Positions 23,209 to 37,513 of a DNA stretch of 64,000 nucleotides are shown piece by piece (within the stretch, counting starts at the first letter, position 1; each line of letters opens with the position of its first letter). Source of the DNA: Yuukianura sp. NJ FZ-2021 (taxonomy: Eukaryota). The DNA lies in contig CM102288.1 in the NCBI GenBank assembly GCA_046563655.1, positions 1,550,001-1,614,000 on the forward strand, read 5' to 3'. A model generated the notes under the pieces. It saw only the letters and a list, made by a program, of their open reading frames with translations. It was not told the origin of the DNA and did no database searches. The position numbers were made by a program, and so were the translations under genes.

Positions 23209-24110
23209 GGCCGTTTCACACCGGACCACTGGATGGATTTTCCTTCCACTGGACGGCAATCCAGTCTTTCACACCAGATTTAATCCGTCTGGATGGATCA
23301 TCCAGAGAAAGTTGGGGTGGATTTTTTTTCCACTGGACTGGATTTCCATCGTTCACACCGAAAAAATCCGTCCATGGAAATTTTTTCCACTGGATTTTCT
23401 TGTAATGCTGAGAGATGGGAGAAACGATCCAGACCAAAAGTTCACTCGCTTCAACTTTTGGTCTGGATTGATCATCAACTTTGTCTCACTTTGCCCCAAT
23501 CACACACGGGAGCTTGAAACAATAAGCTCCAATGACCAAACTAATCTGAAAATAGCAGTTTTAAGTTTTCAGAAAGTTAATTATTTTCTTTTTATAATTA
23601 GTCAAAGTAAGTATCGACAACGATACTCAAGAGAGCAACGGAGAGGCAAATGAGTTTTTGACAACGTCAATACAGTAGCGTAATGTCCTCTACGATGCTA
23701 GTTCATCGTCGAACCGGAACAAGTTCTTCCGGGAACAAGCATGACAAGAAGTTGCCGTAGAAATTGGACAAGAAGGTGAGCATGGCACCATGCTAGTAAA
23801 TTGAATTTGAATTGTATGAAAGTGTTCACTGGCATAACATCTCAGTGGTATCTTCACGTACAGGATTATGTATTGTACAGTTGTATTTCAACTTTTATAT
23901 GAAAGGCGCCTTTCTGAAATCCAGGGTGGAAAAACAAGCGTTCACACCGCATCCTTGGATTTTTTTTCCAGTGGAAGGAAAATCCATCCATGGAAAAAAA
24001 ATCCACCCCTCGCTTTCCCAAAAATCTGGTGTGAAAGAGTCAAAATTTTATCCATGGACTGGACGTCCAGTGGACGGAAAATCCATCCAGAGCTCCGGTG
24101 TGAAACGGCT
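23209..24110. mobile_element. ~900-bp non-autonomous TIR element (PIF/Harbinger-like termini)
   Basis: Left end GGCCGTTTCACACCGGACCACTGGATGGATTTTCCTTCCACTGGACG; right end reverse-complemented AGCCGTTTCACACCGGAGCTCTGGATGGATTTTCCGTCCACTGGACG. Many internal TTCACACC and TCCACTGGA subrepeats. TAA lies just left of the element, but no matching right TSD is clear, so the superfamily call is tentative. Confidence 0.75.
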
Positions 24111-27002
24111 CCACGTTTGGCATGATTTTTTGGCTTAGCCGATGGTACGATGGTTAGAGTTGAGAATTTTGAAAATGCTATGTACAAGTTCTGGATAAAA
24201 GTTCTATTTTTAGCGGAATGATCTCAGAGCGTTGTACTTCGATGTTGTATAGTTAGAAGGGCGAGGGAAGTAAAAAAAAATTAGCCGGGTTGAACCGAGA
24301 AACGAAGTCCTGCTGGAACCAAGGCTGAATGTCAGATGGCAAGGAAGTTCGCATCTTCAGTGTAAATAAACGGAGAAGTCGGTCGTGTCTAGAGCAGGAG
24401 ATTATGCAATTTTTGCACAGAGAATTCACAGCACACTGTTAAGTTTTAGTTTTTTTTTTTGGGAGAGTCATTAGAGGATTGATGGGGAAAGTGATCTGTT
24501 TGAGGCCTCAAAAGATTTCAGCAGATTCGGTGTGGCCAAAATCCCTTTCACTTTTGAGTTGTGAATGGAAATGTTCTTTTCTTTTTTGGAAAAACAGACG
24601 CAAAGTGACGTAGGGAAGAATGTGCTAAATTATTTACACAAAATTCCCGGGTATTTGTAAAAATAACAACTTTTTTGTGACCCTCAAAGGTTAAGTTTTT
24701 ATTTCCTTGCTCAGAAAATTTCGGAGAAAGTTGGAACTGATTTTTCGAATTTTCAAATTTAAAAAATTTGGAAACGGGAGCAAGAATTTTTTTTCGATAA
24801 ATTCAAAAGTTATGAACAGGAGAACTGATGTTTTGCTTATTCCAATGATTTTGTTTTAGATTTGATTTGTTATTCTGGTTACGCTCGCAAAGTTGCGTAA
24901 GATTTTTGTGCGTGCTTAGCATGTGTTTGTAGGGTTAGATTTTGTATTATTTATTTGCTTTTTTTTATGAAGGTAAGCGAGCTTATGTAATTTTTGCGTG
25001 GGCTGTGGACGCTTTCAGAGTCTCTGCTGAAATCATCATTATTTTGGCACATTTTCATCAACAACACAAAGAGGATCTTTGTTATTCTGTGATTTGTAAA
25101 GGTTGTTCATGTGAATTGTAAAATTTCAATTCAAAAAATGGCGAAATCCATTTGTTTAGAGATTGTGATCCAAAGCCCAAATGTTGTCAATTTTGCAGAC
25201 TGTTTGACTAAAAGTCTATCAGATTCTGCATAATCAATAGTTGTGGATTGTTGCAGATTTTTTTTAAAGATGTGCGATTGCTGGGAGTAAAAAGTGACGC
25301 GGTGTGGTCTCAGGGTCAAATGTCAAGATTTATGATAAGACACGAAAGGCGGGCTTCAATTGTATAATTTATGAAGTTGAGTTTTCCTATTTTCTAGTCT
25401 GGCTAACTCCTAAGAGTTCTTTAGATTTTGCTAACCATAAGCGACTTGTGGTTTAGCATTCTTTTGTTATGGAACATTGAATTTATAAACCTGTCTTTTA
25501 GAGAAGGTAAAGCTAAAAAACTGAAAGTAATGTTGAATGAATGCATCTTCGTTGGATATCTTTCCAGAAGTGAATTTTTTGAAATTTGTTGCCAAAAATT
25601 CTTTTGGTAAGATAATTAAGCCCAGAAGAGTGCGGTTGCTTACTGGAGGGATCTTAAATCAAGTGGATTGTGGTTAATGGAAGTGGGGCGCCGTGTGTTC
25701 ATGATACTGAGACTAAAAATCTGAATCTCAATGGAATTCTATTGTTCTTTGTGTTTTTAACTTTGTTTTTGTGTATAGTAAGATCTGCAACATTGCAAAA
25801 GAAGAAGATCAGAGCTAAGTAAAGCTTGCAAATGGAAATGGCGTGTAGCGACTTTCCATCGCACAACAAAATTTTCACGCTTTTCCGCGTTTTTGAAACA
25901 AAAATTTACAGTTATGTAATTCCTTCAGTTTTCGTTTTTGTTCGGGATTGAAAAAATTGAGAACAAAACTTATTTCATGCGGTTTTCCGTGTTTCTTGCT
26001 GGAAAAGCATTTGAATTTGAAAAAAGTAACTTAATAAAAGTACTAGGCAAGACAAATGACAAAAAGAAGATAAGAAGAATCAAAACGCAAGTTTGAAATT
26101 TTATTTGGCTGAAACTGGAGTAAATCGCGAAGTATCTTCGTCTAACTTTATAAATATTTCAAGAGTTTGATATTTTTTTTTTTTTGTCAACGACGTTTCG
26201 GTTCTACTTTAAAGTTGAAAAGTTTTTCCCTGCGTTGACTATTTTCTTTTCTCTTGGCCATTTTCCTGGTCTGAGCGTGGTATTTTTCTGTGTAAGCAAG
26301 TGTAGGAGCTGAATAAGTTAAATTTTGCAAGTAAAGGAAGCGATGGTGCTGGAACAGGCGGAAGCAAAACCGGGAGCTAACTGGGTGTTTTTTAGTTTGC
26401 CCAGGGTGGTACTAGTCACTAGAGCTTTTTAGTAGAGGAAGCTAAAGGGAAATAATTTGCTCAAATTCTGTACTCCTACTTTCTTGGATTCTCAGTTGGA
26501 AGGAAGGAGAGCTCGGCGTCTTCTAGTCATTCTGCACAGTCTTTTCTTAGAGAAGCACTTTTAGGATATTGTACCCGGTGAAAGTGCAACTGGGATGAGA
26601 AGTTGAATCTGAGGCAGGGGAAATCCATGGTTCCATACAAGTACAAAGAGTCAGGCATATTCCACAATCAAAATCAATCCATTAGTAAGGCTTAACACTT
26701 AGGATTTAGATGAAAAGTAGAATTCAAAGAGATTTTGAGAGAAAAGTTTTAAAAGTGAAATTTTGGTAGTTTTGAAAGTGAAATTCCAGTGAAAGTGAAA
26801 ATGAGAACTTGATCTTTCGGATTTTAGTTGTTTCAGTGTTGATTTTGGTGTTTAGAGGATAGGATTATTGTGGATTTTGTGATTTTGAAATTTGTGAAAT
26901 TTCAAAATTTTGAAAAGTTGGATTTGTTTGACAAGGTTCGAATGAGTACTGAGGTGTTGTGGAAGTATCGTCGTGTGGTTTGGATTGGGGGTGGCTGCGG
27001 AG

Positions 27003-30000
27003 ATGCCGTTGGCAGTACCCTTGACTCCTCCTTCATCTTCTGCTGAAGACTCTGAAGGTGGTGGCAGTTGCACGACTGTGCTGGATCCCTTAAACTTTGT
27101 CAAAGTCCTCATTCCAGTACGATTCCCAACAGAGTTGAATATCAATCTCAACTGTGTGTCACTTCTAAGTGCCCCTTCGCCACTTCTAAGTGTCTCTTCC
27201 CCCAGTCAGAGTTCACCCAGTTCATCTTCTTTAGCTTCAGTCTCCACTCCGAGATCAGTGGCAGCTTCCTACTCAAGTCCGCATTCCAACGGATCCTCTC
27301 ACCATGATCGGTCCACCTCCACTTCTTTTGAACCAATTGACGAAGTGTCTCAAGATGAAATAGAACGGATACTGAAAGAAAATCATTCTGAAGCCACTTC
27401 TTCTCTTAGAGACGACTATACTGAGTGTGACTTGGACCTGGAAGATGTAGATTTTGACTTTCAAGATGCTGCTGGACAAGTGACGAGTACAACTGCATCT
27501 GGAAGGAAAAGTGAGCCAGAGACACCGTCGTGTCACGGTGGAGCGGAAAGTGACGACGACGACGCGGAGAAAGAAGAGGAACAAAGCATCGACAATCCAA
27601 ATCCTGTTCCATGTGGACATTGTCAAGGTTTTGCACTTTTTAGCACATTTTTAGAAAAAGTGACAAAATTTTTTAGACTTTTCCTCCGTTTGGACAAAAT
27701 TTGGGATTTGAGCAGTTAAATTTTGTTTGGTTTTTAGATTAATGTTTGTTTTCGCGGTTATTTTTAGCGTACTAAGTTTAAGGTTGGTTTCACGTTATCA
27801 GTATCACGCTGGTTTATTGTTTTTTAAATGTTTTGAACATTGATTTGTGCAAATAATGGAATTGGTGAATCGTGCTAATTATATGGGAGGTTAAGATGAA
27901 AGGCGTGGTTGAGGAAAACCTCTATTTTTCAAAAATGAAAATGACAGGGTTGTGAATTGAAGGGAGTTTTAGAAATTGAAATCAATTTTGTTTCCAAGTT
28001 GTAAGAGATCGTGAGAAAGGCATTACCAATTACGTGTAGGTGGAAAGCTCCAAATAGAAGTGTCAGGGTCAGGGACTTGCACAAAGCGTGTGCTGCTTCA
28101 TTTTTGCAAGTTACAAAGAAAATAGCACGCTGGGTGAGTTATAACTCTCTATAACTTAATAGTCTAGCTGTGGACTGAACGGGAAAAGAGTGGGATTTAA
28201 TCCAAGTTAAAAGTAGTTTTTGGGTGGATAATTTTTCAGGACTGAAAAACAGTTTTAATTGAAAACGAGTTTGGAAGGTTTCAGAAGACTCGGATTGATG
28301 TAATGGGATTTTGGATTTTATGGTAGACGAGAATCTGAATTTATTTTTAGATGTTTTTTGGAAGTGTGATTTTAAGACCGGTTTTGTGATTTTTATTGGT
28401 GAAGACGAGATGAAGGGGCTTTTAGGCTGAAATTCTATTGTGCAACTTTGGAATCCAACAAGTTAAGACGGTGATGAAAAGTTGTACAATTTATTTGGAG
28501 AGGCTGTGATTCTTTTTTGAGAAAGATTTAAGCACTGGATGTTGCAAAGAGGAAGATAATGTAAAAAATACTTAGTGTTTTTTTGATTGAGACCCAAATC
28601 GGAGACAAAACTGTCCATAAATTAAGATTTTTGGACTGTATTACTTTGGATTAGAAAGAGGAAAAGGAACTTTTGTTCTTTTTGGTTCCAGTCCAATTCT
28701 GAAAATGAAAATTGTCTCATGAAGAGAATTTTTTCTTCTTGTGTTGGAAGTGTTTTTGAAGTTTTGAAAATGAAAAAAAAAAGTAGAGCAGTAGAAGATG
28801 AAGTGGATGAGAATGTTATTTTGGGAGAGTAGAAATACGTGAGACGAAGATGCGAGATTTTCAGATAGCTTTAGAAAGGAGTTAAAGTTTTGACTTAGGA
28901 AAAAAAGAATCGAGTTTGGATTTTTATATAAAGAAAAATGCGTTTTTAAAAATACTTTTTCAGTTTTCGGAGAATTTTTGCCAATGCAGTGAACTGACTA
29001 AGATCTTAAAAAGTTGGAAATTTTTGAAGAAGAAGATGCGTGGGATCTTGTAATGTATTTTTTTGGTGTCAAATTGGGAAAATTTGGAGAACTAAAAAAA
29101 ATTGGCACAGGAAAGATCTAATCCGATGACTTTTTTTCGGTGAAAAAAAAATTGGAAAAAGTAAAAGCGAAATGGTGGGTGGATGCCTAGATTCTCGGAG
29201 AGATTTTTTTTTTGCTAAATAATCTGCTTGTGTTTCACTTAGCACTTTTGACTTTTAGGTTGATTTCGAAATTTTGAAATGAGGTCACAAAATGTTCAGT
29301 TTTTGGAGTTGTCTGAAAAGTAGCAAAGTGGGGTTAAGTGGATAGTTGATTTGTTAAAAAGTGATAGAAGCTGATTGAAGTTTGTTAGTGATTGATCATC
29401 GTAAATGAAGTTGGAAGTTGTGCAATTGTGTTAATGAACTCATCAGAGTTTCTTTTGATTGTTTTCAGGAGGCAGGGATCATTCAGCAAGTGGAGATTTG
29501 ATTTGGCCTATACAATTGGACTTGGATTTGGTTAAAACTCTTTTGCAATTGTGCCCTGACTTCTTTGAAGACTTTGACGAAGTGGAGATGGATCCAATGG
29601 AACTGACATTTGCACAACACGACGATCACGACGCTTCGTCAGCATCAGCATCTCAAGATACACTTCCGAGTAGTACTACTTCCAACACGTCGACCTCTAC
29701 TTCAGGTCAACCGTCGCCACCTAATGTCCAGGTCGACGACTCCCCACTTCAACCGTGTATGGTTCGCAACAAAGAGTGTAAGACACAACAAACAACTTTT
29801 TTTTGTTAAACTTTGCATTTTACGGGAGCATAGCGTGACCAATTTTGAGAGAAAAATTTGAATCTTTACAAATTACATTTGATTCGTATCAAAACAGTTG
29901 AACTTAAAATTTTGAAATTTTGTACATTTCATTTAATTTTCGTTCCGAAATGCCATTGGAACTGTGGAAAAAATTGGTATGCATTGCATCATATGCGATC

Positions 30001-33000
30001 TTTAAAAAATTTTGAACGGCGGCTTACAGCAGCGGTTTTAAGTCAAAAGTGAAAAGTTTTGTTTCATTATGAATGATGTGAAGACACTCAAATGTGAGAT
30101 TAACTATGTATTAGAAAATGGGGAATAGGCTGACAAGTGTAGCTCAAGACCGCAAAGATTTTATTGTTGTCAAATTTTGTAGTGAATTGACACGAATGAT
30201 TTCCGAAAGTTCAATTAATTTGATCAACTTTTAACGCTTAGTTAGCCCTGCTTTGTTGTAATTTTGTAAAAGTAAGATTGAGAATGATTTCTTTTTAGGG
30301 ATTGAGTTTAAGATTAAATCGGGAGTCTTTTGAAGCAGAAGTTGAGTTGATTATTGATTAATCCCCGTCGGAAGTATCCATATTTGGGAAGTAATTGTTT
30401 GAAAGGTTGGGACGGAGGGAATTAAAGTGGTTGGTTCCCTACTGTGACGAACAGTGGTTGTCATTGTCAACCTAGGGCTACTTTTATACTTTATATGTTA
30501 GTCTGTCACTCAAAAAAATAAGTTAGGCGACAGCATCTCCAAGCACTTTCTGTTTGTGGCAATATTTAATTTGAATCTGGTGAGATTAAAACAAAAGTTT
30601 CTCAAAGGAAATTAATCGAACAGCGTGAGGTTTAAGTGGAATATAACGGCAAACTTTTAGTTAAAGTTGTTGGGTTGAAGCGTTTTGTTATGTTAGGTTT
30701 TTTGGATTGAATGTAGGGAAGTGCGGTTTAGAACTTTTGAGTTGACGAAATACAGAAAAGTGTTTTTTTTTGAAGAGCAAGCGTGTGTCATCGGTGTGTC
30801 AAATTATTTTTTTGAGTTGTAATTTATATAAGATGAAAAAGATAAATTAGTGTGCAAATGGTTTTCATTTTTTGTGTTTTTGTTACAATTTTAGCACTGA
30901 AGGTGAAACTGCTTTTACGAAGACCAATGACTCAGCTCATTGAGCAAGGGATTCTCCCGCGTGAGTAACTTTTGTAACATTTGTAGTTTGAAAAAAAGTT
31001 GTTTTCGTTTTATACAAGCCAAGATTTATTAACTTTGAAAACTTGACCCTTGAGCGTGTGCAATTTTTTATTAGTTACGGCAATTTTGAAATTATTGCGG
31101 TGGCTAAACACTGATTTTAGTTAAACTTTTAGTTTTGTGGGGCAAGTTGTAATAAAAGTTGCTGTTATAGAACGGAAATAAGTGGAAAGGAATTGGAAGT
31201 TGAATGATTTACGATATTTTGTGATTTTTTTAGCTTCCAAGACTCCGCCAGCTTTTGCTGAGCAGCGCGTGCGGTTGGAACGGGCGAGAATGGGTGATTT
31301 ACTGAAAGCCAAGATTCAGCAACGACCTGCACGACAAGAATTAATTCGTCAACACATTCTAGAAGGTAAAAGAGAAACATTGAGGTCAATTAAGATGCGA
31401 TTAATTTGAGTTGGAAGTTGACATCATAATAATAGCTACGCACGTAAACACGCAGGGCTGGTTACGATTTGAAACACGGAGGAAATTTCATCTCGGGTGG
31501 GGTGGAGATGCAATTTTCAAATTTTCTCCTGTCGGACTTTTGCTGTTTTTGAATTAAGTTGAAATTCAACTTTAATGCAGACAAAGAATCTTTGGATTTT
31601 TGGAGTGAAATGGATGGTTTTTCATAAAAATTTTATGGTGGGAAGGACGCGGAAAGTTCTGAATTTGACGTCTGAGAAGACTTAGGTTTTCGCAGTCTGA
31701 CTTTTCTAGACCTCAAAGTGGAACAAATGAGAAGACCGTGTTCAGAATTTTATAATTTTGGTGCTGAGGTCAAGCACCACGAACAAGATCAAGAATCTTT
31801 TCCAAAACGAATTATAAATCTTTAAAGTCTCTGCGTTCTACCCATAAAGTTCTAAAATTCTTGTTCTCTTCCCTATAATTTCAATGAGAATCAAGGCATA
31901 AAGATTTAAGATGATGCCAGGAGGCCAAGAAATGTAACAAAGGAGGAGGATGGATTGCCAATTGTTGAACTAAATTGTCTTAACTGCTTAGACTTTGTAT
32001 TGTCTCAGGAGATTCCGAGAGTTGCGAGATGAAAAGATGAGTTTTGAGACAATTTGGAAGATAAAAAGTATTTTTTAATTAGTAATTAATTTGTTTTTGA
32101 TTTATAATTTCCAGAAAGTGATGCTCGGGTGGCTCCCTCCTTGGCAGAGAAACAGCGGATGCTGAAGAGAGCCAGATTGGCTGATTCCTTGAACGATCAT
32201 CTCATTCATAGGCCTGGGCCATTGGAACTGGTCAAGAAAAACATCCTACACGCTCCTGATGCCATTATAGATCAAGCAATTAAAGGTAGTATAAGCTCTT
32301 GCTCTACGTTTTTTTGTTAGCTAAGGATGTGACTTGAATCAGAAATTATTTGGTCACGGCCGACACGACAAAGTACGCAAGAAAAAAGTGACTGAGTTTT
32401 AGGAATGTTGAATGTTTTGGTCAGCGGGATTAAAAAATGAACTGTAAAAGGACACGATGCAACGGTTTTGACAGTATAAGCTTGATAAATAATTGTAAAT
32501 ACAAGTTACTGGTACTGTGACTGACGGAATATGCTTGACGTTTTTTGGATTTCACGATTTGACAACCTGTTTGTCAACTAGAGCTGTCTTTTTAATGCTG
32601 ATCCTTTAAAACAGTTTTTGTACAGGAGGGAAAAGTTGGAGCGCTTCCATTTTTCGGCGTAAAGTTTAACGTAATTGCAAGATTGTGGACCATATTGTGC
32701 AAGAAATGCTCACGGGAATCGATCCGATACTGATCTGGATTTCGATCAATGTTAAAAGATGAAACGAACGACTGAGATTTGAGCTGACGTTTATAAAATG
32801 GAGATTTAGGTGCTGGCAGTATGCCAAATCGGTGTATTTCCTGAGTTTTTGGACAACTTAAGACTAATACTTTTTTTTTCTGGTTTCCAGAGGGAGTTGT
32901 CCCGTTCAAGGCGACGTCAGAAGGAGTTATTCCGGGCCATGTGCCCTCAAACATTTATCTTAGTGAAGACGAGTCAAGCTCTGACCTTTCATCTCCTGCA

Positions 33001-36000
33001 GGCACTCCAGATCAGTCACAATCCTCGTCATCTTCTTCAAATGAACCGCAACAAGGAAAAGATGTGCTGCCAGTAGCCCAATCCCCCACGTCAACAACTG
33101 CCACCACCCCAGCTCAGTCCTCGCCGATTCTCCCCAGCTTGTCTCCCAGGCCACCCCAACTGTTGCTTCAGTCGTTTGTGTCAAATCGAAGTCCCACCAC
33201 CGCGGCAGTGACAACTGTAAGTGCAAGTGATTCCACAGTGCCACAACCTCCGCCACTCCCCCAACCAACTCTTCCGGTTACTCATATCCAAAATGAACTG
33301 TTTTCAAAGATTGTGAAGGCGGCCGTCACTTCGTCCACGACTCCGCCAATTACAAGTGCTCAACTGACGCTTAGCAAGTTATCGACCTTGGAACATCAGC
33401 AACTCCTCTCGGCTGTTTCACAGAATCAACCTCCACCGAGAACGCTTACGACGAGTCAACCTAACCTTCAACAGGGTACAGTACCACAAAATGCCTTTAG
33501 CCAACAACACGCCTCCACTGGGAAAACGAGAACAACCAAGAAGAGTACACCTAAAATTAAAGCTACGCCGAAAGCTAGACAAATTAAATTTCATGAGTAC
33601 AAAGGGCCACCGTCGGCACACAAAGGGCACATGCAACCACCGCAACCAGAGGTAGAGAGTTCCTATGAACTGCTTCTCCAGCAACAGCAACTGTTTTTGC
33701 AATGGCAACTGGAATACCGACATAAGGTTTGTCATTTTCAAAAAAAAATGAGAGAAAACTCGAAATTGGAATTTTGTCTTTTAATTTTTGTCTTGTTTTT
33801 GCAGTATCCACAAATTATTTTGCCAGCAGTTTCGAAATTGGCTTCTCCAACTGAAGTAGCAGCGACATTTGCGTCAGCAGTGAATGCAGCGAATGCTGCT
33901 GCGATGTCAATGGTTCCAGGATCTATCATGACAGCAACAACTTCCTCACCGTTAGTACGTTCCCCGTCGACCATTTCTTCAGTAATGAATTCAAACAATA
34001 CTGGAACGTCTGGTCAACAACCGATTGCCCCTGCTCCGCCTCCAATTACCGTCCAAGCTCTTGTGGAGAAGTATAACAAGACTGCTGCCACAGTCACTGG
34101 AACTCTACCACTCAAAATAACCATGCCCCAAGGATCTTCCACTGCATTAGCCGATATTCGACCAAAACTTACACCTTCAAGGTCCATTGATGCCACTTCA
34201 TCTTCATCTTCGTCATCCGTCACATCTTCGCCCAAATCCACATCACATCTTGACATTTCCAAATTGAATGACTGGAAAGTCAGCGACTTGAAGGCTGAGT
34301 TGAAGAAGAGGAATTTGCCCGTCTCAGGAGCAAAGCCGCAGTTAATTGAGAGGCTCAAAATGGCTGATGTGAGCTTACAAGATGAATCGATCAGTTCTAG
34401 TTCAAATGGGAATTCAGCGACAGCAGGAAAATCAGCGTCGGTGAAGTCAGAGGGCCGTGTTAATGAAGAATCTTATTCGATGGAACTGATGGACGTGTCA
34501 GATGGTTGTGGGACAAGTGCCAACGGTAACAACCCTCCACAGCTTACTACTACTACACAAGTCACTGATCTCCAACAGAATGCTGATGGAGCTGGGAAGA
34601 GTAGTAATGTGGCGGCACTAAATGCAGCGATGCTGACCTTATTGCAGAATAACAATTTGCAAAACAATGGAGTCATTCCTGTTCATATACTCAATGCTCT
34701 AGCGAATGTTGCCAAAAATGCTAACCTAAAAACAGGGACGAACGGAAAGACGCAAAATGTTGTTGTGGTGGATGAAAAGTTAATTCGAGAGCAGCAAATC
34801 GAGCAGTTGCAACAAGCGCTCAAGAATTCGCAACAACAAAATCCGATCAAAATTACTCCACAACAGACCGTAAGATTTGTATAATTCTTATAAGTGCAAA
34901 CTTCAAAGTAAATTGAGATTGAGAACCTTGTCCAACTCCAAATGTCCAATTGTGTTTTGAATTAGATGTTTTCATTTATTTATAGGCTGGCGCTGGACAG
35001 AAACACCGAATTGCTCTACAACAACATCTTCAACAGAAAATGCAGCAGCAAGCTCTACAGTCTCAACTCCAAAAATTAATCCACCTCCATACGCTTCAGC
35101 AACAACAGCAACAAGCTCAGAAAGTTGCGCAAACTCAGAAGCCAGTTCCAGGAAAAGTTGCTTCGAGTCCACAACAACCACAAATTCAAATTCTATCTCC
35201 GAAAAATCTCCAACAAGCATCGTCTTCAACTGTCATTACTGTTGGCAGTGAATCTACCAATGATTCTCAAGATTCAACGATAACACTTCATCAATTTGAC
35301 GCTGAAGATGGAAGGGATGAGAACCCATCTTCCAGTGCTCATGTAACGCTGGAAGGAGGACTGAATCATGTGCCAATTCTTAGTTCAGGAAATGAACAAC
35401 AGTCAACCACTACTGCTGATCAGTCATCATCTCCCCTTATATACCCTCACATCAACGTTCCATTTCGAATTCTCCAAATTGAAACTTCCGGTTCACATGA
35501 GCTTCGACTAGGCCAGGACGGAGGAATCGATTTTTCCAATATTCCACAACTTCAAATTCGTGTGAAACCTCCTGCATTCCACGTAAGTAATTTCAGGAAG
35601 AAAAAAGAAGATTTTAGCCAAAACTTTTGTTGTGTTGTTAAAAGATTACACTTTGGCTTTTATTTCTTGGTGAGCACGAGGGATTTGTTACGATTTATTT
35701 GTGACATATGAAATAATTTGTTTTTGTAGACTGGTGAGAGTGATTCGAGCCAGAGCACGAAATCCGGCTCATTTTCGTCAGATGCCGGTGACCCAATGGA
35801 CCATTCGTGGTTGCTCAAAATCAATGAAAATCCGCCCACTCCTTCCTCATCCACTTGTACAGATCAGTCTGCTGAACCTGAACCACGCAAGAGTGTCGTC
35901 AAAGAGTACGCCAGTTTCTTTGAAAGTATTGCCAATGGAGACCAGAAGAAGGAGGAGCTCAAAGTAATTGACATTTTTCTTTCATTTTGTTTTTACTTTT

Positions 36001-37513
36001 ACACTTGTCCAATTTATTTTGACCGAAATGATCGTAGTATCTGCCTTCTGCGTCTTTCTTGGAATTTTTATAAGTTGAGTAAATAAGATTTAACATAGAA
36101 AAATTTAAAAAGTGAAATGACTAGACGTCTTCTAACACACATTCCCTAGCTCCCCTGAGTTGACTGTAAACAGAGTAGAGGATTTTTTGGCTCCGGTGCA
36201 AAAGTTATTCAATACTTTTTGAGAAAAGTATTTTCATTACGTTATTTTGTTTTTCTTTTACAGTTGCAAATTCCAAAACCTCGACGCGGATTCAAGAGCC
36301 AAATGGTAGATGATGTACTTGAAATCTTGATTCGCAACGGAGGTAATGAGCTGGAGACAACTAGAATATTCTTTTTATAGAAACTAATAAATTGTGTGGA
36401 TAAATCAAATTTATGTGTTTTGACACTTTTAATTTTTATGGATTTATTTTTTCTGTTTTTGTAGAATTGCCTCCAAGTGCAGCACAAGATCCGTCAACTC
36501 CAATAGCCGGCAAATCTCCAGAAGTTTTAGTGTATCAACCGCCACCACCGCCGTTGGTGCCTTGTTCCTCTTCTAATATTCCATCCAAGGTGGATGAAGA
36601 TTCAAAAATAGGTTTAAGTTGTTCTAATGTCACAACGCCTCCGACTCCACCACCTCTGCCTCCACCCTCATTTGCAGTCACACTTCCCACTTCAATTACA
36701 TTCTCACGCTCTCCTACCGCCAATCCTCTTCTGAGCCCTTTCCAGAACCAACAGCAACAACAACAACAGTCAACAGACAGCAAAGGACCACCACCACCAT
36801 ATCCTTCCAATGCTCTCTCAAAAGAAGCTCAGGATATTTTGAAAATTAGTCAAGATTTGTCAAATTTTGGAAAAGCGCATGACCAAACGACAGTAGAATC
36901 TGGGAATCATGTTTTTGCCGGTCCTTCTCCGCAAGTTGAACAACCACAAACAGAACTACTGGGAAACCTTGATTATGATTCCAATAGTTTTGCTATGCTC
37001 TTGGATGAAGTTGAGAAAGAAGCATTGAACAATATGGATTTGGACAGTCATGAAAATCATTTTCAACATGAAGAAATGGCAAGCACTCCGTTCCATGAAA
37101 CTAACAGTAATAGACTCGATGAAGAAATGAGAGACGAAAGTACTGTTCAGGTCAAACAGGAAGATCTGTTAGGTGAACTTGGAACTCTACTTCCGCCAGA
37201 TCTGGACGTTTCGATGGAAATGGATTACTCGGATTGGTTGGACCAATTACTGCCAGAGAGTCAACAGAACACGACAATTCCAAATCAGAATTTCCTTCCG
37301 CTGAGTTCAAACAACACTTTGTCGTCGTCTTTGAACAACAACTTTTTCATGGAATACCAGCACAATTCCCATCCATTTGGAAACAGAGATCCACTTCTCT
37401 CGTCTTCCTTCAACATTTTCCCGGGAGATCATTCCGAAAATGGAGATTTAAAAAATAGAGGAGGAACGAGTCCAATGGCTGTTGGAGACAACATTCTCTG
37501 GGATTTTTTCTAA
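27003..37513 (+). CDS. Mrtf: Myocardin-related transcription factor (MRTF/MKL); exons 27003-27627, 29469-29777, 30895-30960, 31234-31365, 32115-32285, 32891-33726, 33805-34869, 34986-35582, 35730-35963, 36264-36342, 36465-37513
   Basis: Three RPEL repeats (NKESLKVKLLLRRPMTQLIEQGILP; LKAKIQQRPARQELIRQHIL; LNDHLIHRPGPLELVKKNIL), basic B1 box (KARQIKFHEYKGPP), Q box (SYELLLQQQQLFLQWQ), SAP domain (WKVSDLKAELKKRNLPVSGAKPQLIERL) and KSQMVDDVLEILIRNGELP. Splice phases are compatible at every junction. The first exon is less certain. Confidence 0.93.
30378..30387. promoter_or_regulatory. Perfect CArG box (candidate SRF site) in an MRTF intron
   Basis: CCATATTTGG matches CC(A/T)6GG. A single site could occur by chance in AT-rich DNA. 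Confidence 0.3.

Noticed and set aside
23216..24187. Overlapping W/P-rich ORFs
   Set aside because: Translations of the MITE subterminal repeats, not a transposase.
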